Shown in pieces: positions 21,142-31,183 of a stretch of DNA of 32,000 nucleotides. Positions within the stretch are counted from its first letter, which is position 1, and every line of letters begins with the position of its first letter. The position numbers and the translations under genes were made by a program. The stretch covers positions 330,001 to 362,000 of the forward strand of contig CP145869.1 of assembly GCA_041941765.1 (NCBI GenBank). The letters run 5' to 3'. The stretch comes from Candidatus Saccharimonadota bacterium (GTDB taxonomy: Bacteria; Pseudomonadota; Gammaproteobacteria; Enterobacterales; Enterobacteriaceae). Below the pieces are notes generated by a model, which had not been told where the DNA came from, searched no databases, and saw nothing but the letters and a program-made list of their open reading frames with translations.

Positions 21142-21294
21142 AAAAATATTTTATAATCAAAATATTAAATCAGACTTTGTAATTAATTATAAAATTAAAT
21201 ACCTTTATTTCTAACCAGTTAAAAATAAAGATTTATTAAATTTTTCAAGAGATGTTTAGTTTAAAAAAAATACTTTTATAGTATTTGAAATAGA

Positions 21295-22362
21295 ATGAAG
21301 GATTTATTAAAAATGCCTAATGCATTAAACCATTATAATAATATTCAGAATCAACTTATTATTACAAGCCCAAAAGAGTTAAAGAAATCTTATCCATGTA
21401 ACGATAAATTAACATTACAAATATCTAAATTTCGTAAAAAAATATCTGCAATTATTAATGGATCTGATAATCGTTTATTAATAATATGTGGTCCATGTTC
21501 TATTCATGATCCGCAAGCAGCAATAGAATATGCCAAAAAACTAAAATATTTGTCTAATCAAGTACATGATAAAATGTATCTTATTATGCGTGTTTATTTA
21601 GAAAAACCACGAACTTCAATAGGTTGGAAAGGATTAATTAATGATCCATATAGGAATAATTCTTGTAATATAGAATCAGGATTAAAAATATCACGTCAAC
21701 TACTTTTAGAACTTACAAATATAGGAATTCCGCTGGGTACAGAAGCATTGAATCTTAATACTATACCATATTTGGAAGATTTGTATAGTTGGATGTCAAT
21801 AGGAGCAAGAACTACTGAATCACAACCTCATCGCGAGATAGTATCAGGATTATCAATACCAATTGGTTTTAAAAATACTACTGATGGAAATTATCATAAA
21901 GCAATAAATGCAATAATTACAGCAAACGTACCACATACTTTTTTAAGTATTAATTCATCGGGAAAACTTTGTGTATTACAAACTCGTGGAAATAACCAAT
22001 TACATGTAATCTTACGTGGAGGAGATCAGAAAACTAATTATGATTCTGAAACGATTTTACAATGTGTAGAAGCTATGAAAAACGCTGGTTTATATCCATC
22101 TATTATGGTTGATTGTAGTCATGATAATTCTAAACGAGATTATCGTTCTCAACCCGAAGTGGCTCAATCAGTAATAATGCAACGTCGAAAAGGTAATAAT
22201 TTTATTATTGGATTAATGTTAGAAAGTAATTTATATGAAGGAAACCAATTATGGAACTTACCAAGTGAAAAAATACAATATGGTATTTCATTAACTGATG
22301 CATGTATTAGTTGGAAAACTACAGAAATACTTCTTCAAGATATTTATAAAACTTTACAATAA
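21295..22362 (+). CDS. aroF: 3-deoxy-7-phosphoheptulonate (DAHP) synthase, class I, AroF-type
   Basis: 355-aa ORF. GPCSIHDP, MRVYLEKPRTSIGWKGLINDP, IGARTTESQPHRE, HVILRGG, MVDCSHDNSKRDYRSQP and GISLTDACISW track E. coli AroF more closely than AroG or AroH. It is directly followed by tyrA, as in the E. coli aroF-tyrA operon. Confidence 0.9.
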   Translation: MKDLLKMPNALNHYNNIQNQLIITSPKELKKSYPCNDKLTLQISKFRKKISAIINGSDNRLLIICGPCSIHDPQAAIEYAKKLKYLSNQVHDKMYLIMRVYLEKPRTSIGWKGLINDPYRNNSCNIESGLKISRQLLLELTNIGIPLGTEALNLNTIPYLEDLYSWMSIGARTTESQPHREIVSGLSIPIGFKNTTDGNYHKAINAIITANVPHTFLSINSSGKLCVLQTRGNNQLHVILRGGDQKTNYDSETILQCVEAMKNAGLYPSIMVDCSHDNSKRDYRSQPEVAQSVIMQRRKGNNFIIGLMLESNLYEGNQLWNLPSEKIQYGISLTDACISWKTTEILLQDIYKTLQ

Positions 22363-22374
22363 AGGGCTGAAATA

Positions 22375-23502
22375 ATGCTAGCAGAATTAGAAGTATTACG
22401 TGATAAGATAGATCAGTTAGATAAATTATTATTGAATATAATAATTAAAAGAATGAAATTAATAGCTAAAATAGGTAAAATTAAATATATATATGGATTA
22501 CCTATTTACGTTCCCGAAAGAGAAAAATCTATGTTAGCTATGCGTCGTAATGAAGCAGAACAACTTGGTCTTTCTCCTGATTTTTTTGAAGATATTTTAC
22601 GTCGTATAATATATGAATCTTATTCGATAGAATCTCAACAAGGTTTTCAACCAGTATATCCATTATTGCGTCCTATTGTTATAATAGGAGGTAAAGGTAA
22701 AATGGGACAGTTTTTTTATCACTTACTATGTTTATCCAATTATAAAGTAAAAATTATTGATAAAGATGATTGGAAAAAATCCCATCAAATTTTATCAAAT
22801 GCTGCAATGGTAATTATTAGTGTACCTATTCGAGTTTTTGACCAAATAATAGAACAATTACCTAAACTTCCAGATGATTGTATTTTAGTCGATTTATCTT
22901 CTATTAAAACTATGCCATTAAAAGCAATGTTATCTACTCATAATGGTCCTGTATTAGGATTACATCCTATGTTTGCTCCTAATAATAGTGATAATTCTGT
23001 AAAAAAAATAATGATATGGTGTAATGGTAGAAAACCAGAAGCATATCAATGGTTTTTACAACAAATAAGCCTTTGGGGAATGCGTTTACATTGTATTAGT
23101 GCTGTTCAACATGATCAAAATATGGCTCTTATTCAAGCATTACGACATTTTACACATTTTGTATATGGATTACATTTGCAACAAGAAAATATTCAAATAG
23201 AAGATTTATTAAATTTTGGAACTCCTATGTATCGATGTGAATTATTTATGATGGGAAGATTTTTCGCTCAAGATCCTACTCTTTCTGCTGATATTATCAT
23301 GACATCTAAGATAAATTTACAATTAATTAAACGTTATTATCTATGTTTTGGAGAAGCCATTAAAATTTTGGAAAGTGGAGATAAAAACCAATTTATAAAC
23401 TCTTGTATTCAAATCAAAGAATGGTTAGGGGTGTATAGTCAGCAATTTCTTGCTAATAGTAATTGGTTAGTTAATTATCATAATATGATGAATAGAGAGT
23501 AA
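22375..23502 (+). CDS. tyrA: bifunctional chorismate mutase / prephenate dehydrogenase (T-protein)
   Basis: 375-aa ORF with [59 protein letters not shown] and [14 protein letters not shown]. It is collinear with E. coli TyrA. Confidence 0.96.
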   Translation: MLAELEVLRDKIDQLDKLLLNIIIKRMKLIAKIGKIKYIYGLPIYVPEREKSMLAMRRNEAEQLGLSPDFFEDILRRIIYESYSIESQQGFQPVYPLLRPIVIIGGKGKMGQFFYHLLCLSNYKVKIIDKDDWKKSHQILSNAAMVIISVPIRVFDQIIEQLPKLPDDCILVDLSSIKTMPLKAMLSTHNGPVLGLHPMFAPNNSDNSVKKIMIWCNGRKPEAYQWFLQQISLWGMRLHCISAVQHDQNMALIQALRHFTHFVYGLHLQQENIQIEDLLNFGTPMYRCELFMMGRFFAQDPTLSADIIMTSKINLQLIKRYYLCFGEAIKILESGDKNQFINSCIQIKEWLGVYSQQFLANSNWLVNYHNMMNRE

Positions 23503-23915
23503 AGAATTTTAGTGAGTTAATTTGAAAATAATTAAAAAGCTTTAATTTTTTATACAATGTTTTAAGAAGGATTAATACTATTTAAATATATTTAGTTTTA
23601 AGATCATTATTTCAATCGATTAATCACTCATATCTAAATAATATATATTCTATAGTGGAATTTTTAGAGATTTAAGTAAACAAATTACTAACCGTTCTTT
23701 TAAAGCTGAAAGATGTTTTTGTACATTATGCTTTTATTAGTTATACATATATATAATAACTATAAATTCAATTGAGCTGATCTTATTATAATTAATAGAA
23801 AAAGTTTTAATATTGAGTTATTAAATATTATACGTGAAAAATAAAAAAAATTATTCAATAATGACATTAATTGAATTATCACTCGGTTTGATTTTTTTTT
23901 ATAATAATAATACTC

Positions 23916-24887
23916 ATGCCATCTAAAACCCTGACTGCTCTGATATCTGAAAAACAAATAGGACAACGTTTGGACCAAGTATTAGTAGAATTATTTCCTC
24001 AATATTCTCGTTCTTATTTAAAAAAAATGATTTTAAATAAAAACGTTTTGTTAGATAATAAGATCTTTGATAAACCCAAAACTAAGATAAAAAATCTTAC
24101 TAAAATCTTTATTAAGATACCAGAACCTGTAAATCTTTTTAACGCCCAACCCATGGATTTAAATATCATTTATGATGATGATGATCTTTTAATTATAAAT
24201 AAACCTATGAATTTGGTAGTTCATCCAGGAACAGGTAATTCTAATGGAACATTACTCAATGGTATATTATATTATTATCCAAAAAATATTAGTGTACCTC
24301 GAGCAGGAATAATTCATCGGTTAGATAAAAATACGACCGGTTTAATGATTATAGCTAAAAAACCTAGTATCCAAAAATATTTAGTTGAATCTCTAAAAAA
24401 ACGTAATATTATTCGTCAATATGAGGCTATTACCATAGGAGTTATAAATTACTCTAGAGGATACATAAATAAGTCAATTCGTCGTCATCCTAATAAACGT
24501 ACAATAATGAAAATTGATTTGTTAGGAAAATCTGCTATCACTCATTATCGTGTACTCGAACGTTTTAGAGCACATACACATATTTTGTTACAATTAGAAA
24601 CCGGAAGAACACATCAAATCAGGGTACATATGGCATCTATTAATCATCCTCTTGTAGGTGATGAATGTTATGCCGGAAAAAATTTACTAAACCAAATTCC
24701 ATATGATATTTCCTTAAATGTATTATATCAATTAAAAAAATTTAAGCGTCAAGCGTTACATGCTTCATATTTAGGTTTTTATCATCCTATTCGCAGAAAA
24801 TATATGGAATATAAAGCACCATTACCTCAAGATATGTTAGATTTAATTTCTATATTACGTACTGACTTATTACAAAATATAATCTAA
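23916..24887 (+). CDS. rluD: 23S rRNA pseudouridine synthase RluD
   Basis: 323-aa ORF with GQRLDQVLVELFPQYSRS (S4 domain), the catalytic HRLDKNTTGLMIIAK, LETGRTHQIRVHMA, and QALHA. Confidence 0.95.
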   Translation: MPSKTLTALISEKQIGQRLDQVLVELFPQYSRSYLKKMILNKNVLLDNKIFDKPKTKIKNLTKIFIKIPEPVNLFNAQPMDLNIIYDDDDLLIINKPMNLVVHPGTGNSNGTLLNGILYYYPKNISVPRAGIIHRLDKNTTGLMIIAKKPSIQKYLVESLKKRNIIRQYEAITIGVINYSRGYINKSIRRHPNKRTIMKIDLLGKSAITHYRVLERFRAHTHILLQLETGRTHQIRVHMASINHPLVGDECYAGKNLLNQIPYDISLNVLYQLKKFKRQALHASYLGFYHPIRRKYMEYKAPLPQDMLDLISILRTDLLQNII

Positions 24888-24926
24888 AAATCAAACAATT
24901 TTATAATAATTAATGAAGGATTATTT

Positions 24927-27482
24927 GTGCACTTAGATCGTTTTACAAATGAATTTAAATTAGCGTTAGCTGATGCATCATATATAGCTTTAAAAAATAA
25001 TAACCAATTTATTGAACCATTACATGTTATGTTAGCATTTTTAAATCAAGAAAATGGATTTTTTCTAGGTCAATTAATAAATTCAATGGGAGTTAAAACA
25101 ATAGATTTATTACGTAAAAAAATTGAACAATTGATTGACAATCTTCCTAAAATTTACGGTAATAATGTAAATTGTCAATATTCTAATGAATTAATACATA
25201 TTTTGAATATATGTAATCAATTAGCACAAAAACAAAAAGATACTTTCATTTCATCTGCATTATTTTTATTGGCTATAATGAGTAAAGATGGGTTATTAAC
25301 TGATTTATTAAAATCTTTAGGTATAAATCAAGAAAAGGTTAGTAATATTTTTACCAATTTACGGGAAAACCAAGCTGTGAATAATTTAGATATATTTAAA
25401 AAATATTCTCACGATCTTACTGAAAGTGCTGAAAAAGGAAAATTAGATCCCGTAATTGGACGTGATGAAGAAATCCGTCGTACTATTCAAGTTTTACAAC
25501 GTCGTACTAAAAATAATCCAGTTTTAATTGGTGAACCAGGGGTTGGAAAAACAGCCATTGTTGAAGGATTAGCTCAAAGAATTGTGAATAAAGAAGTACC
25601 TGAAGGATTAAAAAGTAAACGAGTATTAGCATTAGATATGGGAGCTTTATTAGCTGGTACCAAATATAGAGGAGAATTTGAAGAGCGTTTAAAATTAGTT
25701 TTAAAAACTATAGGTCAACAAGAAGGGAATATCATTTTATTTATTGATGAATTACATACTATGGTGGGAGCAGGAAGAACCGATGGAGCTATAGATGCTA
25801 GCAATATGCTCAAACCTGCTTTAGCACGTGGAGAATTACATTGTATTGGAGCAACTACATTAGATGAATATCGTCAATATATTGAAAAAGAGGCAGCATT
25901 AGAAAGAAGATTTCAAAAAATATTTATTACTGAACCAACCATAGAGAATACTATAGCTATTTTACGAGGATTAAAGGAACGTTATGAATTACATCATCAT
26001 GTTCATATCACTGATCCTGCAATTATAGCAGCAGTAACATTATCTCAACGTTATATTCCTGAAAGAAAATTACCAGATAAAGCTATTGATCTAATTGATG
26101 AAGCCGCGGCTAGTATACGATTACAAATTGATTCAAAACCCGAATCATTAGATCGTTTAGAACGTCGTATTATACAACTCAAAGTTGAACAACAAGCATT
26201 AAAAAAAGAAACAGATTCTTCAAGTCTTAAACGTCTTGCTGCTATTAATGCAGATATTCTCTCAGACGAACAAAAGTATACTCAATTACAAACTGATTGG
26301 ATTAAAGAAAAACAACTCTTATTAGAAATACAAGCTATTAAAAGTAAATTAGAAGAAACTAAAACCTTATTAGAACAAGCGCGCAGATCAGCGGATTTAT
26401 CACGAATGTCGGAACTTCAATATGGAATTATTCCCGAACTAGAAAAACAATTAAATATAATCAAATCTCAGAAAAAGTCTATGCATTTTTTACGTAATCG
26501 AGTAACAGAGATAGAGATAGCTGACGTATTATCACGTTGGACAGGTATTCCTATATCTCGTATGATGGAAGGAGAACGTAAAAAATTCTTACGTATAGAA
26601 CAATCATTACAAGAAAGAATAATTGGACAACAAGAAGCTATAGAAGCAGTAGCTAATGCCCTTCGTCGTAATCGTGCAGGATTATCAGATACTAATCAAC
26701 CAATTGGTTCTTTTTTATTTATTGGACCGACAGGAGTTGGTAAAACTGAACTATGTAAAGCTTTAGCTAATTTTATGTTTGATAGTGATCATGCTATGAT
26801 ACGTCTTGATATGTCAGAATTTATGGAAAAACATAGTGTATCGCGTTTAGTTGGAGCTCCCCCAGGTTATATTGGTTATGAAGAAGGAGGTTACTTAACT
26901 GAAATAGTTAAACATCGTCCTTATTCCGTCATTTTACTAGATGAGCTAGAAAAAGCGCATTATGATATTTTTAATATTTTACTTCAAGTTTTAGATGATG
27001 GTCGTTTAACTGATGGTCAAGGTAAAACTGTTGATTTTCGCAATACAATTATTATTATGACTTCAAATTTAGGTTCAGATCTGATTCAAAATCAGGTTGA
27101 AAAATTTTCTTATGATAAAATCAAAGATCTTATTTTAAAAAGAGTTAATCAATATTTTCGTCCTGAATTTATTAATCGTATTACTGAAATAGTAGTATTT
27201 CATCCTCTTAATAAAAAGCATCTAAATGCAATAGTAAAAATTCAATTACAAAAACTTAATCTTCGTTTACAAGAACAAGGTTATCAACTTGATATTTCTA
27301 ATAATGTATTAGAATTTTTAGTTGAAAAAAGTTTTAATTCTTCATATGGAGCAAGACCTTTAAAAAGAATTATTCAAAATACTATTGAAAATCTTTTAGC
27401 TCGAGATATTTTAGCTGGAAAACTTAGTATCAATAAACCAATCAAATTAGATTATATTCAGGGAAAACTGGTTTATTCTTAA
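24927..27482 (+). CDS. clpB: Hsp100/Clp disaggregase ClpB
   Basis: 851-aa ORF with a GTG start 6 nt after [22 protein letters not shown] aligns with E. coli ClpB. It has two AAA+ modules ([17 protein letters not shown] and [15 protein letters not shown]) separated by a coiled-coil middle domain. Confidence 0.97.
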   Translation: MHLDRFTNEFKLALADASYIALKNNNQFIEPLHVMLAFLNQENGFFLGQLINSMGVKTIDLLRKKIEQLIDNLPKIYGNNVNCQYSNELIHILNICNQLAQKQKDTFISSALFLLAIMSKDGLLTDLLKSLGINQEKVSNIFTNLRENQAVNNLDIFKKYSHDLTESAEKGKLDPVIGRDEEIRRTIQVLQRRTKNNPVLIGEPGVGKTAIVEGLAQRIVNKEVPEGLKSKRVLALDMGALLAGTKYRGEFEERLKLVLKTIGQQEGNIILFIDELHTMVGAGRTDGAIDASNMLKPALARGELHCIGATTLDEYRQYIEKEAALERRFQKIFITEPTIENTIAILRGLKERYELHHHVHITDPAIIAAVTLSQRYIPERKLPDKAIDLIDEAAASIRLQIDSKPESLDRLERRIIQLKVEQQALKKETDSSSLKRLAAINADILSDEQKYTQLQTDWIKEKQLLLEIQAIKSKLEETKTLLEQARRSADLSRMSELQYGIIPELEKQLNIIKSQKKSMHFLRNRVTEIEIADVLSRWTGIPISRMMEGERKKFLRIEQSLQERIIGQQEAIEAVANALRRNRAGLSDTNQPIGSFLFIGPTGVGKTELCKALANFMFDSDHAMIRLDMSEFMEKHSVSRLVGAPPGYIGYEEGGYLTEIVKHRPYSVILLDELEKAHYDIFNILLQVLDDGRLTDGQGKTVDFRNTIIIMTSNLGSDLIQNQVEKFSYDKIKDLILKRVNQYFRPEFINRITEIVVFHPLNKKHLNAIVKIQLQKLNLRLQEQGYQLDISNNVLEFLVEKSFNSSYGARPLKRIIQNTIENLLARDILAGKLSINKPIKLDYIQGKLVYS

Positions 27483-27964
27483 CCTTTATTTTTTTTATCA
27501 CAAAACATAACATATTTAGTATCATTTACTGTAGGTGATTTAGCAGCTTTTCGAGCTAATTCATCACAAAGCTCATTATCAGTATTTCCAGAATGTGCTT
27601 TAATCCAATTCCATTCAATTTCATGATAACTTAATTTTTTATAAAGACGTTGCCATAAATCTATATTTTTTACCGGATGTTTATTGTATGTTAACCAACG
27701 GCTCTTTTTCCAATTATGGATCCAATATTTGATTCCTAATTGTACGTATTTACTATCAGTATTTATTTGTACAATACATGGTTGTTTTAACAATTCTAAA
27801 GCAACAATTACAGCTATAAGTTCCATACGATTATTTGTAGTTAAATAAAAACCTGTGCTTAGTAACTTTTTATATTTTTCATAATATAATATAATACCAT
27901 ATCCTCCTGGTCCAGGATTTTTTAAGCAAGAACCATCTGTAAAAATTTTTACTTTTTTATACAT
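27479..27964 (-). CDS. rnhA: ribonuclease HI
   Basis: The ORF track starts at ATG 27997. The ATG at 27964 gives [23 protein letters not shown], aligning with E. coli [23 protein letters not shown]. The active-site residue contexts (DGSC, NRMEL, TDS, CDELAR) are present. Confidence 0.93.
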   Translation of the reverse strand: MYKKVKIFTDGSCLKNPGPGGYGIILYYEKYKKLLSTGFYLTTNNRMELIAVIVALELLKQPCIVQINTDSKYVQLGIKYWIHNWKKSRWLTYNKHPVKNIDLWQRLYKKLSYHEIEWNWIKAHSGNTDNELCDELARKAAKSPTVNDTKYVMFCDKKNKG

Positions 27965-27983
27965 TTTAAAATTATTATAATTT

Positions 27984-28715
27984 ATGAAAAAATCCATTAC
28001 AAGACAAATTGTCTTAGATATTGAAACTACAGGAATGAATAAATTTGGTATATGTCATGAAGGACACCGAATTATAGAAATAGGTGCTGTAGAAATTTCT
28101 TATAGACATTTTACTGGTAATAATTTCCATACTTATTTAAATCCTAATAGATCAATAGATCCTATTGCAACTTCTATTCATGGAATTACTCAAGAATTTT
28201 TATTAGATAAACCTTTTTTTTCTCAAATTGTAGATTCATTTTTAGATTATCTTAAGGGATCAGAAATCATTATACATAATGCTTCTTTTGATATTGGTTT
28301 TATCAATTATGAAATTCAAATGTTAAATCGTAACATTCCAACTCTTGAATCATTATGTTGTTCTATTACAGATACACTTTTATTAGCCCGTAAATTATTT
28401 CCTGGCAAAAGAAACAGTCTTGATTCGCTTTCTAATAGATATCATCTTAATTATAAAACACGAAGATTGAAACATGGTGCTCTATTAGATGCTGAAATTT
28501 TAGCTGAGATTTATTTAGCCATGACAAGTGAACAAATTTCATTAGATTTTTTTAGTAAAAATAACAAAAAAAAAACCATATCGTCAAAATTATGTTTGAC
28601 TAATTCAATATCTGTACTATGTGTAATTAAAGCTAACCAACAAGAAAATCTTCTTCATGAGAATTATTTAAATCTTATGTTTCAAAAAACTGGTATATGT
28701 TTATGGAATAGTTAA
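27984..28715 (+). CDS. dnaQ: DNA polymerase III epsilon subunit (3'-5' proofreading exonuclease)
   Basis: 243-aa ORF with [15 protein letters not shown] (Exo I), HNASFDIGF (Exo II), [18 protein letters not shown] (Exo III), and a C-terminal ...GICLWNS matching E. coli ...GSCLWRA. It is divergent from rnhA, as in E. coli. Confidence 0.96.
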   Translation: MKKSITRQIVLDIETTGMNKFGICHEGHRIIEIGAVEISYRHFTGNNFHTYLNPNRSIDPIATSIHGITQEFLLDKPFFSQIVDSFLDYLKGSEIIIHNASFDIGFINYEIQMLNRNIPTLESLCCSITDTLLLARKLFPGKRNSLDSLSNRYHLNYKTRRLKHGALLDAEILAEIYLAMTSEQISLDFFSKNNKKKTISSKLCLTNSISVLCVIKANQQENLLHENYLNLMFQKTGICLWNS

Positions 28716-28833
28716 ATAATGAATATTAGAAAATATTAATAACATTTTAATTAGTTGATTTGTATTTAACCTTATAAATAATATTAATCATATTATCCTT
28801 GCTAAAAATTAGATAGCATCTTAATATTTTTTA

Positions 28834-28860
28834 TTGAAAAATTAACGATAATCCTTATTT
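28834..28860 (+). promoter_or_regulatory. candidate sigma-32 heat-shock promoter of ibpA
   Basis: TTGAAA (28834-28839), a 13-nt spacer, then CCTTATTT (28853-28860). The consensus is CTTGAAA-N13-14-CCCCATNT. It lies about 125 nt upstream of the ibpA ATG. E. coli ibpA is a sigma-32 regulon member. Confidence 0.5.
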
Positions 28861-28986
28861 TAATATTTAAAATGCTTTATTTACTAAAATTAAAATTAGT
28901 CGCTATACTTCTTAGTAGGTACTCATAATAAGTAGTAAAAGAAGTTCATAATGATTTTTTTTTAATTACTCAGGAGGTTTTTTATA

Positions 28987-29505
28987 ATGACTTATCGTTC
29001 TGCTTTTTCATTAATTCCTGGAATAATTACTGATAATCTTTTTTCTGATCGTTTAGATCGTATGGATAGGTTATTTAGTAGATTAACAGGTGATACTCCT
29101 TTATCTGATTCTCCATGTTATAATCTTATTCAGATAGATGATAATCATTATAGTCTTACAATTAGTGTCCCTGGATATAAAGAAAAAGATTTAGATATTA
29201 CTTTACAAAATGGACAACTTACTATTACTGGTAAACATGAGTGCAAAAATAAAGGAAAAAACAAAGAAGATAGAAAAAATGTTAGGTGGTTACATAAGGG
29301 ATTTTCTTCGGCTGATCAATTTAGTCTGAGTTTTAATCTTCATAATCGTGTAAAAGTACAAAGTGCTGTGTTAGAAAATGGATTATTGAAACTTGAATTA
29401 GAATATGAAATTCCTGAAGAACATAAACCCCACAAGATAACTATTGATAGCCCGGTTAAAAACTCACTTATGCAAGATCAACAAGGATTAATAAAAAATA
29501 AATAA
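28987..29505 (+). CDS. ibpA: small heat-shock protein IbpA (alpha-crystallin family)
   Basis: 172-aa ORF with a strong AGGAGG Shine-Dalgarno at 28972-28977. The alpha-crystallin core is YNLIQIDDNHYSLTISVPGYKEKDLDITLQNGQLTITGK ... ENGLLKLELEYEIPE. It is longer than E. coli IbpA because of a K/N-rich insertion and a C-terminal tail. Confidence 0.9.
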   Translation: MTYRSAFSLIPGIITDNLFSDRLDRMDRLFSRLTGDTPLSDSPCYNLIQIDDNHYSLTISVPGYKEKDLDITLQNGQLTITGKHECKNKGKNKEDRKNVRWLHKGFSSADQFSLSFNLHNRVKVQSAVLENGLLKLELEYEIPEEHKPHKITIDSPVKNSLMQDQQGLIKNK

Positions 29506-29515
29506 AGATTTAAAA

Positions 29516-29546
29516 AAAATATAACCCCTATCTGGGGTTATATTTT
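29516..29546. terminator. bidirectional rho-independent terminator between convergent ibpA and metG
   Basis: 13-bp perfect stem AAAATATAACCCC-tatct-GGGGTTATATTTT. An A-run lies on the left and a T-run on the right, so it reads as a terminator on both strands. It sits in the 43-bp gap between the two stop codons. Confidence 0.8.
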
Positions 29547-29548
29547 AT

Positions 29549-31183
29549 TTAGTTTACATCTACTAAGATAGAATTAAGAGTTTGCATTTCTATCCGATTA
29601 TAAAGATTTTGAAAAAGTGAAATTTTATGATTTAATAATGGAGAGTTGATTTGATTCCACTCTAACTTACAGTTTAAAAACTTTTCGGAACGTTCAGTAA
29701 GAGTAGGAATTATAGGTTTAAGAAATGTCATTAAAATTCTAAATAAATTTAATCCCATAGTACATATAGATTGTAGTAATGTTTTTTTATGAACTAATAA
29801 CCATGGTTGTTGTTCAGTTATATAGGTATTAGCTAAATTAGCTAAAAATATGATTTGTTTAATAACTTGACTAAATTCACGATTTAAAAAAGCATCTTCT
29901 ATGGTTTTTGAGTATTTAATAAAGCATTCATATAATTGTGGATTTTGTAATTCATTACCTAACCAACCATAAAAATCTTTATTAATAAAACTTGCTGTTC
30001 TAGCTGCTAAATTTACTATTTTATTTACAAGATCTGTATTTATACGTTGTATAAAATCTTGTAAATTTAAATCAATATCTTCTATATTAGAAGATAATTT
30101 ACTAGCATAGTAATAACGTAAACTGTCAGCGTCTAAAAATTTTAACCAAGTACTTGCTTTAATAAAAGTATTTCTCGACTTAGACATTTTCATTCCATTA
30201 ATTGTTACATATCCATGTACAAAAATCTTAGTGGGTTTACGAAAACCACTAGCTTCTAGTATTGCAGGCCAAAAAAGACTATGAAAATAAATAATATCTT
30301 TACCTATAAAATGACATAAACTAATTGTAGAATTTTGATTCCAAAAATCATCAAAATGTATATCTTTTCTTTTATGACATAAGTCTTTAAAAGTGCTTAT
30401 ATAAGCAATAGGTGCATCTAACCAAACATAAAAATATTTATTAAGAAAATTAGGAATTTTAAAACCAAAATATGGAGCATCACGTGAGATATTCCATGGC
30501 TGAAGACCTATCTGAAACCATTCTTGTAATTTATTAACTACTTGTTCTGATAAACAACCGGATCTAATCCAAGAGTATAACATTTTAGTAAAGAATGGAA
30601 GATCAAAAAATAAATGTTCTGAACTACGTAGAATAGGGATAGTGCCTGTTATTACTGATTTAGCATTAATTAAATTAGTAGGATGATAAATGGATCCACA
30701 AATTTCACAATTATCACCATATTGTTCCGATGCTTTACAAATAGGACAAGAACCTTTAACAAAACGATCAGGTAAAAACATTTGTTTTTCGGCATCATAT
30801 AATTGATTTAATATGTATTTTTTAATCAAACCTTGTTGTTGTAATTTATAATAAATACTTTTTAAAATTTCATAATTATCTTTAGTATGTGTTGAAGAAT
30901 AGTTATCATAATTAATATTAAATTCAGAGAGATCTTTTTTATGTTCTTCATATATTTTGTAAATCATGTTTTCAGGATCTAAACCATCTTGTTGTGCTTT
31001 TAATAAGATTGGAGTTCCATGTGCATCATCAGCACAAATAAAAAATGTTTGATATCCACGCATTTTTTGATAACGAACCCAAATATCAGCTTGAATATGT
31101 TCAAGTAAATGTCCTATATGAAGAGAACCATTGGCATAAGGTAATGCACATGTTACTAAAAATTTTGTATAATTTTTGTTCAT
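29549..31183 (-). CDS. metG: methionyl-tRNA synthetase, core enzyme without the C-terminal appended domain
   Basis: 544-aa ORF with the HIGH motif ([21 protein letters not shown]), the zinc knuckles ([19 protein letters not shown]) and KMSKS. It is collinear with the N-terminal ~545 residues of E. coli MetRS. Confidence 0.96.
   Translation of the reverse strand: MNKNYTKFLVTCALPYANGSLHIGHLLEHIQADIWVRYQKMRGYQTFFICADDAHGTPILLKAQQDGLDPENMIYKIYEEHKKDLSEFNINYDNYSSTHTKDNYEILKSIYYKLQQQGLIKKYILNQLYDAEKQMFLPDRFVKGSCPICKASEQYGDNCEICGSIYHPTNLINAKSVITGTIPILRSSEHLFFDLPFFTKMLYSWIRSGCLSEQVVNKLQEWFQIGLQPWNISRDAPYFGFKIPNFLNKYFYVWLDAPIAYISTFKDLCHKRKDIHFDDFWNQNSTISLCHFIGKDIIYFHSLFWPAILEASGFRKPTKIFVHGYVTINGMKMSKSRNTFIKASTWLKFLDADSLRYYYASKLSSNIEDIDLNLQDFIQRINTDLVNKIVNLAARTASFINKDFYGWLGNELQNPQLYECFIKYSKTIEDAFLNREFSQVIKQIIFLANLANTYITEQQPWLLVHKKTLLQSICTMGLNLFRILMTFLKPIIPTLTERSEKFLNCKLEWNQINSPLLNHKISLFQNLYNRIEMQTLNSILVDVN

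Noticed and set aside
21170-21200. Possible TyrR box (TGTAATTAATTATAAAAT) upstream of aroF
   Set aside because: Only the first half-site resembles TGTAAA-N6-TTTACA. The second half matches 2 of 6 positions. Such matches are expected by chance in sequence this AT-rich.
21203-21230. Hairpin CTTTATTT-12 nt-AAATAAAG after ssrA as a possible terminator
   Set aside because: The stem is all A/T apart from one G:C pair. The loop is large and there is no clean U-run. It cannot be distinguished from chance self-complementarity in this base composition.
23760-23978. 72-aa minus-strand ORF overlapping the rluD start
   Set aside because: It is a low-complexity F/I/L/N/Y-rich product of AT-rich spacer sequence. 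It has no RBS and no recognisable similarity, and it overlaps the well-supported rluD N-terminus.
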